Source of the DNA: Eledone cirrhosa
Taxonomy: Eukaryota
Assembly: GCA_964016885.1 (NCBI GenBank)
Contig: OZ024740.1
Location: forward strand, 218,922,001 to 218,986,000
Direction: 5' to 3'
DNA: 64,000 nt
This document shows positions 28,303-42,418 of this stretch, piece after piece (the first letter of the stretch is position 1; the number at the start of each line of letters is the position of its first letter). The translations under genes were made by a program, and so were the position numbers. Below the pieces are notes generated by a model. It made no database searches. It worked only from the letters and a program-made list of their open reading frames with translations, and was not told the origin of the DNA.

Positions 28303-29261
28303 CATATATATATATTCTATACACAAACCGTGTATGAGTAGAGTTGGATATTTAACTCTTTTGATACCAAACTGCCCCTGGATATGATACAAAATCTGTT
28401 TTTTAAAGGAAGAGGTTATGTAGCTGGTAAGAGTGTCAGACACCATGAGTTGTGGCCCGAGTTAAGACAATTTGAAATCTTTTCCACCATCAATTGTTAA
28501 AAAACAAATTAAAATCATTTAGTCGTCCATTTGTAATGTGTGTTACACTTTAGTTACATACACACATACCTACATGTAAATACATAAACAGATACAGACT
28601 ACAGAAGGGGCTGGTGAAACGCTATAGCGATGTGTGTAGCGTCCCTTTAGGGTTCACTGGCTACATACCCTATTCGTTTTTTAAAACCTGTCATAATTTT
28701 ATGTAAGAACCTCTGGTGTTATGAATAATGGTTTCTGATTTAGGCACAAGGTGAACAATGTTGGGGTTATTGGTATTTTATTTTTATTGACCCCTTAAGG
28801 ATGAAAAGTAAAGGTAATCTCAAAGGGATTTGAACTCAGAACGTTTAGGGATGTAACTATGCTGCAGAGCATGTTGTCTGACACTCTACTGATACTGCCA
28901 ATCCATTACCCTGCTTAATAATAAAGCCATTTGAATTACTAAATACTTCCAAATACTTTGTCAAAAATTGTTTGAAAATCATAGGCATTGTGAGTGTTTC
29001 AAGAGAGATATGGTAATAAAAGTATATTATATAGGCATGCAAATTCTAATTCATTTTAATACCAATATTTTTTCCTTCTAAATGACAACTAAAAAAAAGA
29101 AAAAAGAAAAAAGGAATTATAAGTAATAGGCATGGATGAAAGTATTTGTAAATATATGATAATCAATGTTCAACACAGAGCAAAATAACTCTTTTGAACC
29201 CTTATGTGTCTGTAAAAATACTTTAAATGTTAGATTGAATTTTTGTTTAAATAAAAATCCT

Positions 29262-29479
29262 TTAACCCTTTAGCATTTAAACCGGTTGTATCTAGCCAGA
29301 ATTCTCTCACCTCTTTCTGTACAAACTGGCTGTAATAGGTCACTCATACTTATATTAAGGTATTGTTCTCAAAATGAATAACATCAAAATCTCATAGATT
29401 TGATATTATGTGAGATAAGGCCTTTACCACGAAAATACAATAGTATGTATATAGAGTAATGTAAATGCTAAAGGGTTAA
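29262..29479. mobile_element. piggyBac-type MITE family A, orientation A
   Basis: TTAA-CCCTTTAGCATTTA...TAAATGCTAAAGGG-TTAA. Confidence 0.88.
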
Positions 29480-30235
29480 GGTGTCTTATAAACCAATGCA
29501 GCTTATATCTAAAAACTGGTTTGTTCATACAAATGTTTATAGTATTTGGTGAACAGATTGTGAAAATATGCAGTAAACTAAGGTAAAGACCTAATTTATG
29601 GAATGCAGTCATAATGCTGTTTTGTACTTTTCAAGAATCTTTTTCTAATGCAGTACAGGATGTTAAAAGATAAGATGGATTTAATGTTTTTGATACAAAC
29701 AAGCAAAAACCCATCTCTGGTTCTATGAAACAAAACCACTAAAGTGTTTCTATTTAAAATTAAAACTTTCCAATTTTAAACAACAATTGAAATGCCATCT
29801 TAATAACCAATATAATAATTTCAGTAAATCCTTCTAAATTCTTCATTAATTAATTAAAATACAGTGTATGTCATCAGAAATATGGTTATGAAAAGGTTAA
29901 GATTTCATGAAGCAAAGCCATTACACAAATTAATGTAAAAAAAAAAAAAAAAAGCAAATGTTAATTTTCTATAAAAAAACAAACAAAAATCTGTGCTATT
30001 GATTGAAACAAGATAATGTGTAACCAGTGAATATCAAGATTTGATCAACTAACTGCTGTTCTTATTATCTTCAAAGTTTTGGACAAGAAATGCATTAATT
30101 GTTAGTTGTAAGACATGTATCAATTGTTAAATGTATATAACTAATTATAAGAGACTAGTAAAAACCCGTTTCTACGCTGCCGGTAAAATACACACACACA
30201 TAAACCAGAAAAATAACTATGTATTAATATATATA

Positions 30236-30541
30236 CAGTTGTCCCCAGGTATTCGCAGGGATTACGTTCCTAGAGCACCCGCGAATATTGGACGTGGTCC
30301 ATAAAAATGCCTATAAACGTCAAAATATAACAAAAAAAGATGGAGCATCTTATGCGAAGGGACATCCAAAAAGGCTGGCAAATACAATATATTGTTATTA
30401 ATAATTTACCTTTAAAAAAATATATATTGCCATGAAAAAAATCGCAGAAGATATTTACGATTCCGTGAATATGTGGTGGTTTCCATGAACAATTATTAGT
30501 TAGGTTCTAAGGGAAATTCCGCGAATGCTGGGAGTCCACTG
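30236..30541. mobile_element. pogo/Tigger-type MITE
   Basis: TA-CAGTTGTCCCCAGGTATTCGC...GCGAATGCTGGGAGTCCACTG-TA. Confidence 0.7.
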
Positions 30542-32442
30542 TATACATTTTATACAAATGGGTGATTTGCACACAACAATGGAAAACATTTGTAAACTTC
30601 CTAACGAAAAATTTTGAAATATGTCAATTTGTTAGGACGAGATTGTTCAATAACAATCTGCCTGAATAGTCTGTATAGCTTTTGTACAAATATTTGGCTG
30701 TGTGGTTTAGGGTTTGATCCCAGTGTGATACTTTGGGTGTCCTTTCTAACTCTGGACTGACCAATCCAATGCCTTAAATGAATTTGGTAGACAGAAATTG
30801 TAGGAAGCCTGTTATACATACACACATATGCATGTGTATGTATAGCCCTGTATCAGAAGTATGTGGTGACATTTGTTTAAGGCCCTCATAAACAATACAA
30901 CCTGTAGTTTAGTGGTTTTGACAAACATGCCTCAAAAATAAAGAACTTATAAACCAGAATAAAATGAAAATAGAGAAAGAACACAACTTCTTTAGTTCTG
31001 GTGTCATGATAAAATTCATCTTCTAAACTGTGAAGTGGTTGTACTATGGGCATCATCCAACCATGTCAAAAATTGAAATAATGGTCTCCTAACTTTGTCC
31101 TAATTGAACAACATAACACATACCAACATGGAAAATCAGATATAAAATGATGATAACAACTGAGCTGCAATAAACATTGTTAATTGTAATTTTATTTCTT
31201 AAGCTTTATGAAACAATCCCCTTGCTCATAGTTGCTTCATATCTAACAAGGTCATAGGACATGAGGCTCTAAGCAATAAAGTTTTTAAGTGCTAGAGCTG
31301 ATATCAAACCAGCCAAAAGCAACCTTGGTTCAATGAAATAAAAACTACCCATTTTAATTCTTAATATCCTGTAATGATTTAACAGAAAATATCTACATAA
31401 AGATTGAGAAAATTTGCAGTAAAGGACTAATTTTTAATGTAATGCAATCATAGTGCTGCTTTGTACTTTTCAAGAATGACTTATGTGGCTTCAAACTGTA
31501 CAGGATGTTCAGAGTTAAAGGGTCTCTATTTAAATTAAAATCTCCCAACAATTTTATATAAGAACCATATGTTAAGTTACTATCTTACTAATGAAATAAT
31601 TTTAAGACATCCCTCAAAAACGCTTATTAATTATTTGAAATAGAGTATTTAATTAGTCCCAGGTTGTGATTGCACATCAACTTGCAGTTTTCCAAAAAAT
31701 TATTAAAAATAATCTAAGAGATATTTTGATAAAATCTGCTTTATTTACTGTCTGGATCAAAAACTAAACTAAAACTAGTCAAGCTTTAGCTCAAAAGGGG
31801 TGGGAAGCAAAAGGTACATTTTGTCACTGAAAGAGTTCACTCAAAGTAATTACTACTCAGTTCAACGCAGCCTAATTGCATGAACCTAACTGCAATCAGG
31901 TTCTTTGTTACTTTCAAATAAACTATTTATCTTTTTATGGCCCTTGCCATTCTGAGTTCAAATCCCACCGAGGTTAACTTTGCTTTTCATCCTTATGGGG
32001 TCGATAAAATAAAGTACCAGTAATACAATGGGTAATTGCTGGCCTTGTGCCAAAAGTAGAAACAATTATTACTGATCTATTGAAGGTAGTGGATTTGCAG
32101 TGCCGGTAGAAAATCAGACAAAATGCTTTGCAATATTTAGTTACGAGATTCTATGTTCTGAGTTCAAATTCTGCAAAGGTTATTTTAGGGTGGTGAATTG
32201 GCAGTATAGGTAAAGTGTTGGACAAATGGTTTTGCAGTAATTAGTTACAACTTTCTATGTTCTGAGGTCAACTTTGCCTTTCAGCCTTCCAGGATTGATA
32301 ATGAACCAGTTAAGTATAGGGATCAATATAATCAATATTCTCCTCCCCACCAAATTGCTGACCTTATGCCAACATTAGAAAGAACTATTATTGGTCTATA
32401 AACTTGATCCCCTGCAATTTTTCTTTCACATCTTAGCAACAA

Positions 32443-32644
32443 TTAACCCTTTAGCATTTAAACTGGCCATATCCAACCAGAATTCTCTCACCTCTTTCTG
32501 TTCAAACCAGCCATAATGATGTTATGGTATTGTTCTCAAAATAAATAATATCAAAATCTCATAGATTTGATATAATGTGAGATAAAGCCTTTACCACAAA
32601 AATACAATAGTAAATATAGAGTAATATAAATGCTAAAGGGTTAA
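32443..32644. mobile_element. piggyBac-type MITE family A, orientation A
   Basis: Same TIRs and TTAA duplication. Confidence 0.88.
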
Positions 32645-34259
32645 TACAACTGATCAGAAAATTATTTTTGTTTTAGTTAAAGGTTTCAACCAATATTAGA
32701 TATAACTTGTGATAGAGGGTCTAGTCCTTAGATTTGTAACAATATAGGGAATGTTTATAATTAGAAACATGTATAAAACTAAATACAGAGATTACATAGG
32801 AAAAAAGAATTTAGGATTTTGTTTGCATGAAAATAAAGACTGACATGTATTTTTTCTCATGTGAAGCAATGGATAATATAAAATTTGAAAGATCAAATAT
32901 TGATTTTAAATGCTAGTAATGAAGATAAGATAAGCAATTGCCAAAACAAAACTTAGTTTGTCAATCAAGTTAACACTACCATCCAATAAAATATATTTTG
33001 TTGCAAGTATTTGAATCAGCTCTGTCTGGTTTAAGGATAACTTCACCTCCCGCCCCATAACGTCAGAAACCCTGAAAAGTGTCATGAGCACTGTCCTTCC
33101 TCCTAACTGATTAAAAAATTTTTTTTTCATATACTGTTCCATAACATTATCGCTGAGACTCACAGAGGAGATGACGAAGTAACGTGCATCGATGAGGGTC
33201 ACAGAGATGATGAAGGAATGTGCATTGCTGAGGCTCACTGAGATGACAAAGGAATGTAGCAAGTGGAGAACTGAAAAGGTCCCATCCAAGCATGGAAAAA
33301 CGGACTTAAAAACATTGATGATGATGATATCCAGATCATAACATTTAAATATTTCATCAAGTGAACCACAATTTTGTTGCTCAAACAATTACTTTATTAT
33401 GACTAGATACAACTATCTTCAATATAAGTAACTGGTGTTTTATTTAAATTATATAAGATGCCATGCAAGCATGGACGATGGATGTTAAACAATGATGATG
33501 ATGGTGAAGATGCCTTCACTACATTTTTTTCTTTTATGATAACTTTCTAAAGCTTCATTCTAAAAGGTGTTGCTAATTGAATCATTTACTACAACGTAAA
33601 TATTCACCTGTCATTTCAGTCATATAATAAATAAACAACAAAAGAAATTATGAATTTGTTCATTTTCCTACTTTTTCATGTTTAATTTAAGTTAGCAGCT
33701 GTAGGCTGAATTTAATTATGTTGATTGGAGCAGAAATACACCACTGAATCACTGCCAAAGTGGATGTTGATCAAAGTAGTTCTCCAGAACAATGTTTCCT
33801 AAAGTAGGTTCCACAAGATAAAGATTCTTTTTATATGAATATATTCTCTCTCTAATTCTTGTTTCATTTAATGGCTTATTAAAACTATGGTACTGAGAAT
33901 TATCTGTAAAATAGGTTCCATAACAAAATAAGTTTGTCAACCAATTCTAGAAAGAACATATTCTTTTATTCTAGAGGCAATTTTGTCTTTTTAGCTGTAG
34001 GAAAGATATCAAAATTTAACCTTTATCTTTTAAATAATGGCAGTTGCTATTTTAGACACAAGGCAAGCAATTGCAAGGGAGGAAAAAGTCAATTAAATTG
34101 ACCCTAGTAGTACTACAACCCCGGAAGAGTGAAAGTTGATTTTGGCATGATTTGAACCCAGAATGTAAATAGCCGTAACTAAATACCACAAGGTATTTTG
34201 TCAATTGATCCTATGCACTGCACTTAAGTCATAATAATAACAAGAAACAAAACAGAGCC

Positions 34260-34312
<53 letters not shown>

Positions 34313-35386
34313 GAAACATAGATCCCTGGCCTGCCTGAGAGATCAGTGGTTCTGCTTCAGTACTGACTTGGTTTATGTAGACCTGATCAACCCTTACCAG
34401 CAGGGAAAGTGGACGTTAAAACGATGATGATGTATATATACATATATATAATATTCATTTTATGTAAGAATTATTAAGTCTGTACATGAAACTATTGCTG
34501 TCAGAATATTAATTAATTTTTTCCCCTTTAATTTGGCTGAAAATAAAAATAAGGAAAAACTAATTGTAATTAAATTATTATTGATTATAGCTGGTGCAGC
34601 TAGCTAACTGTATTGAATAAATAAATAAAATAAAATTGTTGAAAAACATCGTTTCATCATATAAGCTGATTCATCTTTAGGTTTTAAAAAACATTAAATG
34701 GAAAAGTATTAGACATTGGCTGCTGAAAGGAAATCTCAGGAGTAACTGCTAACATTTCTGTCAGCCAACAAAGTGATTAATGAACAACTCATGAACAGCA
34801 GGGAGGGAATAGCTAGCATTCAAACTATTTCAAAACAAATGACAGCAAAATAACTATTGGTCCCTGACACATAAAAGAAAGTAATTCCCTTTAATATTTC
34901 ATCTAGAACCCCCCTTTTCAAAAATAACCCAATTCTTTTAATCAGGACATTAATCACGAACAACACTAATGTCTTCACACTTCTTCCTCCTCCTTCTCTC
35001 CAAATGGTTCTGTAGAAAAGATCAATACCTCCCAACCTCTCTCAGAAACACTATCATTATGATTGTACTCTGCTCACTCAAGCATAGCAGTCAGTAAGTG
35101 GTCAAAGAAGGTGCTTCTATATTCTATATTAATTAACTATCAAAAATAGTGTAATCAAATCTTGGCATAGATTTTTCTAATAGTCGACCATCACATTTGT
35201 TATATATATATAAAGCATTTTCCATCAACATTTAATGAGAAAAGGTGTTCATTTCAAAATTAATATAACTATTTTCTATACATAACATGATAGAAAATCT
35301 AAAAATTTCCAGTTATTTTCAGCATGAATTAAATTTAAAGAATATATATATATATATAGTCAACACTTACAACGTATATATATATA

Positions 35387-35462
35387 CAGGGTGTCCCTCC
35401 AAAATTGCATACACACTTCAACAGCATTCTAATATGTGTATACATTTTTGGGGGACATCCTG
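35387..35462. mobile_element. 76-bp Tc1/mariner-type palindromic MITE
   Basis: TA-CAGGGTGTCCCTCCAAAATTGCATACAC...GTGTATACATTTTTGGGGGACATCCTG-TA. Confidence 0.75.
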
Positions 35463-35470
35463 TATGTATG

Positions 35471-35518
<48 letters not shown>

Positions 35519-37569
35519 AAACCCTGCCGTCGAATAGTAAGAAATTAATCAGGGCTACTTTTTAAAAGTAAGCTTATCTTCGCTACTCAAACTTAGGAGT
35601 TTAATACAACACATCAGTGTTTCCTCGAAGAGGGTTCCGTGCTTTTAAATATTTAATTTTAAAAATTTATTATTTTTTTTCTTTATATGAATAAATTCTC
35701 TTTCTAAAAACAAGGTTTGCTTAATAATGTCTTTTTAAAACTGGAGTGGGGGGTTATGGGGGACCCATATATATAATTTTGAAAAAAAATCGTATAAAGG
35801 TTCCTTCCGTGACAAAATAAATTGGGGAACCACTGTTTTAGGATAATCACCTTAGTCAAACATGATTATTTGTGTTGGTTAAAATCTAATAAGAAAACAA
35901 AATCCATGTCAGATATGTGTGCCGTGCGGTAAAGGGAATATAACATTTTGGATAACATATAGTGCATTGCCTGCTATATATAACAGCATATATACGGAAG
36001 GTGCTGCTCTATATTGTCATATTACTCAAAGGAACGAAGTATGGCGAAGGAAACAGATACAGTGAAATTCCGTTATAACGAAATTCACAGGGTATAAAAA
36101 AAATATTTATAAGGAGATCGACCTAACACATCGAGCGTGTGGTCGGGATTTGACCAAATTTCGGAATTTTACCTGTATATATAAAATGGAATTTACGACA
36201 CTTCAAAAATCAGGGCAAATTTAAATGAATCAGAATGGGAATGCCTACCGTATACAGTAAATAGAAAATAGGGCATAACTACAGTTCTGTGTGTGTTCTC
36301 CCCACCACCTCTTCCGAAAGCGAAAGTTTATCATCATTCCTTTTTGTTAATGTTTTATTACAGAACACTTTCTATCTGTATTTGTAAACGTAAACCCAGG
36401 AATGTTTTATCGTGACTTCAAGAGGAATGTTGATATGTTGATAACAGTTTTTAAATAAGAACGTAACCTCTACAACTGTGAATTAGTGATTTATTCATTT
36501 TACATAATCTTATTTTAACCCTCTGAAAACCTATGTAAAATTTCATTAAAACATACACATTATTAAGAAAGTTTTGAGGAAAGAAAATCAGAGCGGGGGT
36601 GGGAGGGATTAAACTGTACTTAATCAAAAATAGCAAAGGAAAAAAAAAAAAATTTTAGAATTAATATAATAGAAACAATATCGATTAAAAAAAAAAATCA
36701 CACAAAACGACATTGAAAAATTTGTCATATACCGGAAAAAAATAAACTAATGTGGAGAATGCGAAACAAAAAAAAAACAAAGGAGAGAAAGATATAACTA
36801 AAGTAGAACCTGACCCCTTCACACCTCAGCCCCGTTATCATCACTACGAACAATTAATAGAAATTAACAAAATCCAAAATGTGGGATTTCCCTGAATTAC
36901 AAAACAAAATCGTCAGTAGGCGGAAATACACCTAGATGACATTCAGCTTGGTGACTCAAATATTTCTTTAACTTAATGGTAATATTTATCTTGTTATTAA
37001 TTAAATTCAAATAGATTAATTGCAAAATAATAGCATTAATTTTTCAATGTGTCCTGAGATCTGGAAATCTTAAGTACACCATTCTGAGAAAGTAGTATCC
37101 ATTTGCAGAAAAATTTCCAGAAATAAAGGTTTAATTTTAAAATAATAAAAAAAAAAAAAAAAAAGTTAAAGTTTATATTAAAAAAGAAAAAAAAAACAAA
37201 CAATAGAAAATAGAATCCGCAAGAAAATTCACTGGTTGTAGGTGTAATGTATGCAAATGTTACAAATTGAAGAATAGGAAACCCTTTAAATGTAGAGGTT
37301 TGTAATTAATAATCACTCTTTCCAAAACACACACACGCAAGCTGAGATGGGGGGGGGGTGCAAACAAACAAGAGGGTTAGATTGGGAAGAAATTGTGACT
37401 CCGATCAAAAGTACATTTGTTTTCATCCTTTCTTTCCGAAGCAACACCAGTTGAGACTCACCCAAGAATGGTTGCATACCTTCAGTTTTCCGTTGAATCC
37501 CCGTGGTGGAAGAAGGAAAAAAAAAAGAGAAACGGCTGTCGAGGCTGGCCACTTGGACGATTTGTTTAC

Positions 37570-37760
37570 CTTTGGCTTAAATGACACAAGCCCCCAGTAC
37601 AAGAAAGTAAAGTTGAAGAGGCTGAAAGAGGCGGTGACACTATATATCCGTATAACAATAACGATATCGCACGGCAGCGAGAGAGGGCGACACCAGAGTC
37701 AGACCCGGACTGAGCAGAAATGCATTTGTAGCTGCAGTGACGGCGGCAGGAGGAAAGATG
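37570..37760 (-). promoter_or_regulatory. Candidate promoter and non-coding first exon of DHX9
   Basis: Local GC/CpG island in a CpG-poor window; pyrimidine-rich ATCTTTCCTCC initiator-like start near 37757; AAAG|GTAAAC donor at 37570/37569. The ATG exon has its own acceptor, so an upstream exon is required. Confidence 0.5.
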
Positions 37761-38640
37761 ACGATTGATACAACAACGTAAGCAGAGTACACAACAAACC
37801 TCTACAACGGTGGGCGCAGTAACTCATTACCGAACAACACTCACGCAAACATACTGACAAAAGAATGCAGCACTACTGTATGCAGTAGAAGAAGCAAATT
37901 CACCCGCACATGAAGTATCAATAATCAATTGAGTAATAAATTGAAAAAGAGTGCCAGTAAAACGTACAGGCCGAACATCGCTAGTTAACTGCAGTTGTCA
38001 GTTAAGATTAGCAGGGAAAGGAACAGAAATAAGGTGGATTTTCTTAATACATGATACTTATTCTTACTTAACCGGGAGAGACTAGTTAACTATTTCGATT
38101 TTATTATACAAACTCATAGGAGAAATAACATTTGCCAATTCAGAAAGATTTTAAAAAGTTAGGTATCAAATACATATATAGAAATTCATAAGAGTGAATA
38201 AATTGTTTTTAAAATAAATAAATATATATAAAAGTAACGGTTCATGGTTACTAGAAAAATCTTAGCTTCAACAAGACATTTTTTTCTATTATTGTGTAAC
38301 TTATTTTTCACACTGAAAAAAGTTTCATACTCATTCTAATTATCATATGGTAGTAATACAACATTTATAATTCATACATGGCATTTATGTAATTATATAT
38401 AACAGCAGGGTAAATAAGAAAATAACAGAATTAGCAAAATCCAAAATCCATTTTGTAAAAGCATTCTTTTAAAATTCGAAATTACTGAATTATTAATTAG
38501 TAGGATTATATATATATATATATATATATACACATGTATATATAAACTACAAATTAGTGACTGATTTAGTGAAAGTGAAAGGGAAAATAATATTTACAAT
38601 ATTGTAGTTTACTTCGTTAATGCATTTATATACTGTAGAT

Positions 38641-38770
38641 CAGTCCTGGGCAAACTGAATTGCACGCCTAATTTCAAAATTGCCTTGAATTTTTTAATAG
38701 TGCGGCCCGCTTTATGATGAGCTACGTCCCATGCGGCCCACTTCTCGAAAAATGTTGCCCATGCCGGCTG
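38641..38770. mobile_element. hAT MITE, same family as 53282-53445 in the opposite orientation
   Basis: CAGTCCTGGGCAAACTG...TGCGGCCC...GTTGCCCATGCC. Confidence 0.7.
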
Positions 38771-41700
38771 AATACATACTTGTAGTAGGTTAAGCGTGAA
38801 CTCGGAATTTTTTCATCGTGCTTTCCAATTCCATGTTGATAATGAATAATAATACCATTAAGACAATATCATAGATATTTTTCTACGAGATCACAATGCT
38901 ATTTCTACAATTAAGGATGGTTGTAAAATAAACATTTAAAAATATATATTTCAACATAATCGTAATGCACACCTTCAAAAGCGTTTCTGCAAAATTTCAA
39001 TAACAAATATGCACTTTTAAGAGTGTCGGGAAGGGGACACTAAACTGTAATATATATCATCATTTAACGTCCATTTTCCACGCTAGCATGGGTGTTATAT
39101 ATATACATATATAACCAATTGCACCCTAAACAAAGGTTAGAATATAGTAGCAGGTGTTTACATTGATGAAGGTGGTTGGAACACGTGTTCATGAGAATGC
39201 GAAACTACATAAATCAGTCATTACTTTTATTATCATTATCCTCATCATAAATAATTATTTCATAATTGCCACACATATTCCAATGCAGTTTTTATAATAC
39301 CCCCTTCGTTTGTGGCAGAATATATTATTGTTATCTATTTAATAGTTTTTTATAGTTATCGTTAATTAGACTAAACGCAAGTTCACCAGATTTCAATTTT
39401 TTTTTTATATTTTGCTCCTCACCACCCAGACATCTTCGCCCCTTGTGGACAATAAAATTAATTATTTTTATTAATATTACAAATGAAAAACAATAGTTTG
39501 AGTAAATTTTGTAGAGATGCGAATTTTTACGTTCCTATTCAATGCTAGATTGAGTTCAGAGCTCCCTACCCTCGACATGCGAAACTTATTCGGCTAACTT
39601 AATCCCACCGACGTCAAGTGTATTTTCATTTTTACGGGGTCGATGAATAAAGTACCAGTCAAGTACTAAGGTCGATTTAATCGGCACCGACACCTTCCAA
39701 ATTTCTGGCCTTGAGCTTACCTCTATTAGAAAATTCTTCTTGTCATAGAAGAATGGAATTTTACTAAAATGTAAACGTCAGGTATATCAGAATTTCTAAC
39801 ATTAGATGCAATATTTAATGACTACAGTGCACGCCATATATGCATTCACTTACAAATAAATTGCCGTTATGCAGCTATAATAATATATCTATCTCTTCTT
39901 GTTGCTTTAACAAAAACGCAATTGTAGAAACTAGCCGGCCATCTTTGACTGTTGCAAATCAAGCAGTCGGTATTTATTTTACCTATGTCATCTCCAAATA
40001 TCACTTGTATTACACGAATATTGTTCGTGGGGCGATTTGTTTTCTAATAAATAACCACAACGATGACGAAAAGAATACCTAACAAACACGATTGAACAAA
40101 CATGCAGAAACTGTAGGTAAAATTATCCAGCCATCCACCCACGTGTATATACACGGGAAGATATTTTGTTTGATAAAACTCTACGGATAAAATATATTAA
40201 AAACATACTTTATATAAGCAACAATACACAACTCTAGAAATATATTTTATGTAAACTATGTTAACATTAAACCAGGTTTATAAAATAAATGTTATTACAA
40301 TGATAATAAACAGGAGAGGGGCATCATAAAATTATTTCAGTTCACATCATTTCCTTAATTTATTAAATGTTTTTTTTATTTAAAACAACGTAATATTTCC
40401 TACATTTCTCCGTTTTCTTCTTCCTTTAAACTCAAATAATTCCAAGACAAATATATGTATACATATATATATATATGTGTGTGTGTGTTTGAGCCTATAT
40501 GTACATTTTAATTAAACTTATTGTTTGAAGTATATATATTAAAACGTTTTTCACAATCTCGACTTTTTAATATCGCCGTCCTGTAGTACATTATATAGTT
40601 ATACTCTTCTCTGCTGTGCAATACAAAGTATGAACATACATATGTACACAAGAGATACTTTCGAATGGAGTAAATTTTAAAAAATGACGTTATTTTAGAT
40701 ACTCACTTCAAATCGCAATGCAAGTCGACGTTTGCAATGAAACCATTTACATAAAGTTGACAGCAAGATGGCGATTTCCTTTAACTCGTTCAATAACGGT
40801 GTCCAAGGGGAGCTAACTTATATCAACATCTCATTTAATATAATGATGATGTTGAAAAGGAATATTATGTAAAAATACAACCCGGAGAAATAGTTTTCAT
40901 ATTGCAATCAATTTTATCTTAAATAATATTCTTGATGTTCACTTAATAAATACCTTTAGCATAGAAATGCTTATTAAATTTTCAAGACACCATTTTTGTT
41001 GTTGCTCAGGTTACCATTTTACATATTTGTTCGTTTCTTTATTACGGAAATACGTTTTTTTTTTTAGAAATTACCTGATATATTAAATACACTTCATGGA
41101 AAAATGCTAATCTCAATCTATATTTTGAGTAAACTAAGTGTTTTATTTTTGTTTTGTTTTAATATTTTTTTGTTAACAACGGAGGGGAAAAAACTAAACA
41201 CCATATCTGATATTTCAAAGAAGTACATTCAATGTTAGTTTGTTAGTTGTATATAAATAAACTAGTGTTGGAAAGCGTATAAATAGCATTCAGCTGTACA
41301 AGAGAGGATATTTTTTTCCCGTACAAAGGATCTCTTTTGTCATTGCTGTTGTCACCAGCAATTATTCAATGAAGTGTATTCATCTACGCCTACCTACTCT
41401 GACAGTGTCGACCAGCTATGAGGTGAAAAACCAGCCGCTCTTTCTCTCATATTATTAGTCCACTTACATACATCTGGTAACTAGATACTAGATCCTACCG
41501 TATACATTATATCATCTGAAGAAGTTTCTCAACTTCAATAAAGAATCTCGACCTGCTAGAAATAGCAGCCAAGTCTCCCTTACATTATACCTTATCATCT
41601 TGAAAAGGAAGAAGGATTTATTGAATAATGTATTCCATAATACGCACTGGCCGGCGGAAGGAGATGATGGTCATGTCTGGAATGGGTTTGATCAGTGAAG

Positions 41701-41855
41701 CATGACCTGAGGCTAAACAACAACAATCTTTGGTTGTAATGATTGTATTTGTATGCCTTAGTTTAAATTATATATATATATATATATTAGTATGTACACG
41801 TACATACATATATGTATACCGACATATATCGTTTCATTTTTTCCGTTTATATATA

Positions 41856-42073
41856 TATTGTTTATTACGTAAGTTACAATGCTTCATGTGAACCACTGGT
41901 ATATATATATATATATTATATATATATATATACCAGTGGTTCACATGAAGCATATATATATATATATATATATAGCGTATATACGTAAGTCACAATGCTT
42001 CATGTGAACCACTGGTATATATATATATACCAGTGATTCACATGAAGCATTGTGACTTATGTAATAAACAATA
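41856..42073. repeat. Double palindrome: four alternating-orientation copies of one unit separated by (TA)n
   Basis: ATGCTTCATGTGAACCACTGG-(TA)n-CCAGTGGTTCACATGAAGCAT occurs twice, with one substitution in the second. Confidence 0.9.
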
Positions 42074-42075
42074 AG

Positions 42076-42418
42076 GTGTTCGGAAAGGCGGTATAATGCA
42101 GATAGAACTATAAAGGTGGTACTGGGGTAAAACGATGATCAAATAAAACAAAATAATGTTTTTACCCTATATTTCTTCATGATATTTCAAGGTAAAGGCC
42201 CTACTTCTCAAATGAACGTAGAAAAACGAGTCATTCTGTTCTTACCAACTTTGTGAAAAGTTCGTGAGAACAAAACGTCTCAAAAAGAATGTCTTTAACT
42301 TGAAATTTCCTGAAGAAATATAGAGTAAAAACATTATTTTGTTTTATGAGTTATGTCATCGCGTTACCCCAGTATCATGTTTATATTTCTATCCGCATTG
42401 TACCGACTTTCCGAACAC
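42076..42418. mobile_element. Tc1-type MITE with about 130-bp imperfect TIRs
   Basis: GTGTTCGGAAAG...TTTCAAGGTAAAG versus CTTTAACTTGAAA...CTTTCCGAACAC-TA. Confidence 0.72.

Noticed and set aside
32906-33388. 160-aa minus-strand ORF
   Set aside because: Runs through a SINE tail and a roughly 30-bp tandem repeat; no recognisable domain.
36865-36925. Minus-strand CTGACGA...GAAATCC...GGATT resembling a hammerhead
   Set aside because: Stem III forms, but stem I does not pair and stem II is mostly G-U; likely chance.
37358-37768. 136-aa plus-strand ORF in the CpG island
   Set aside because: Non-ATG start and no homology recognised; explained by locally higher GC.
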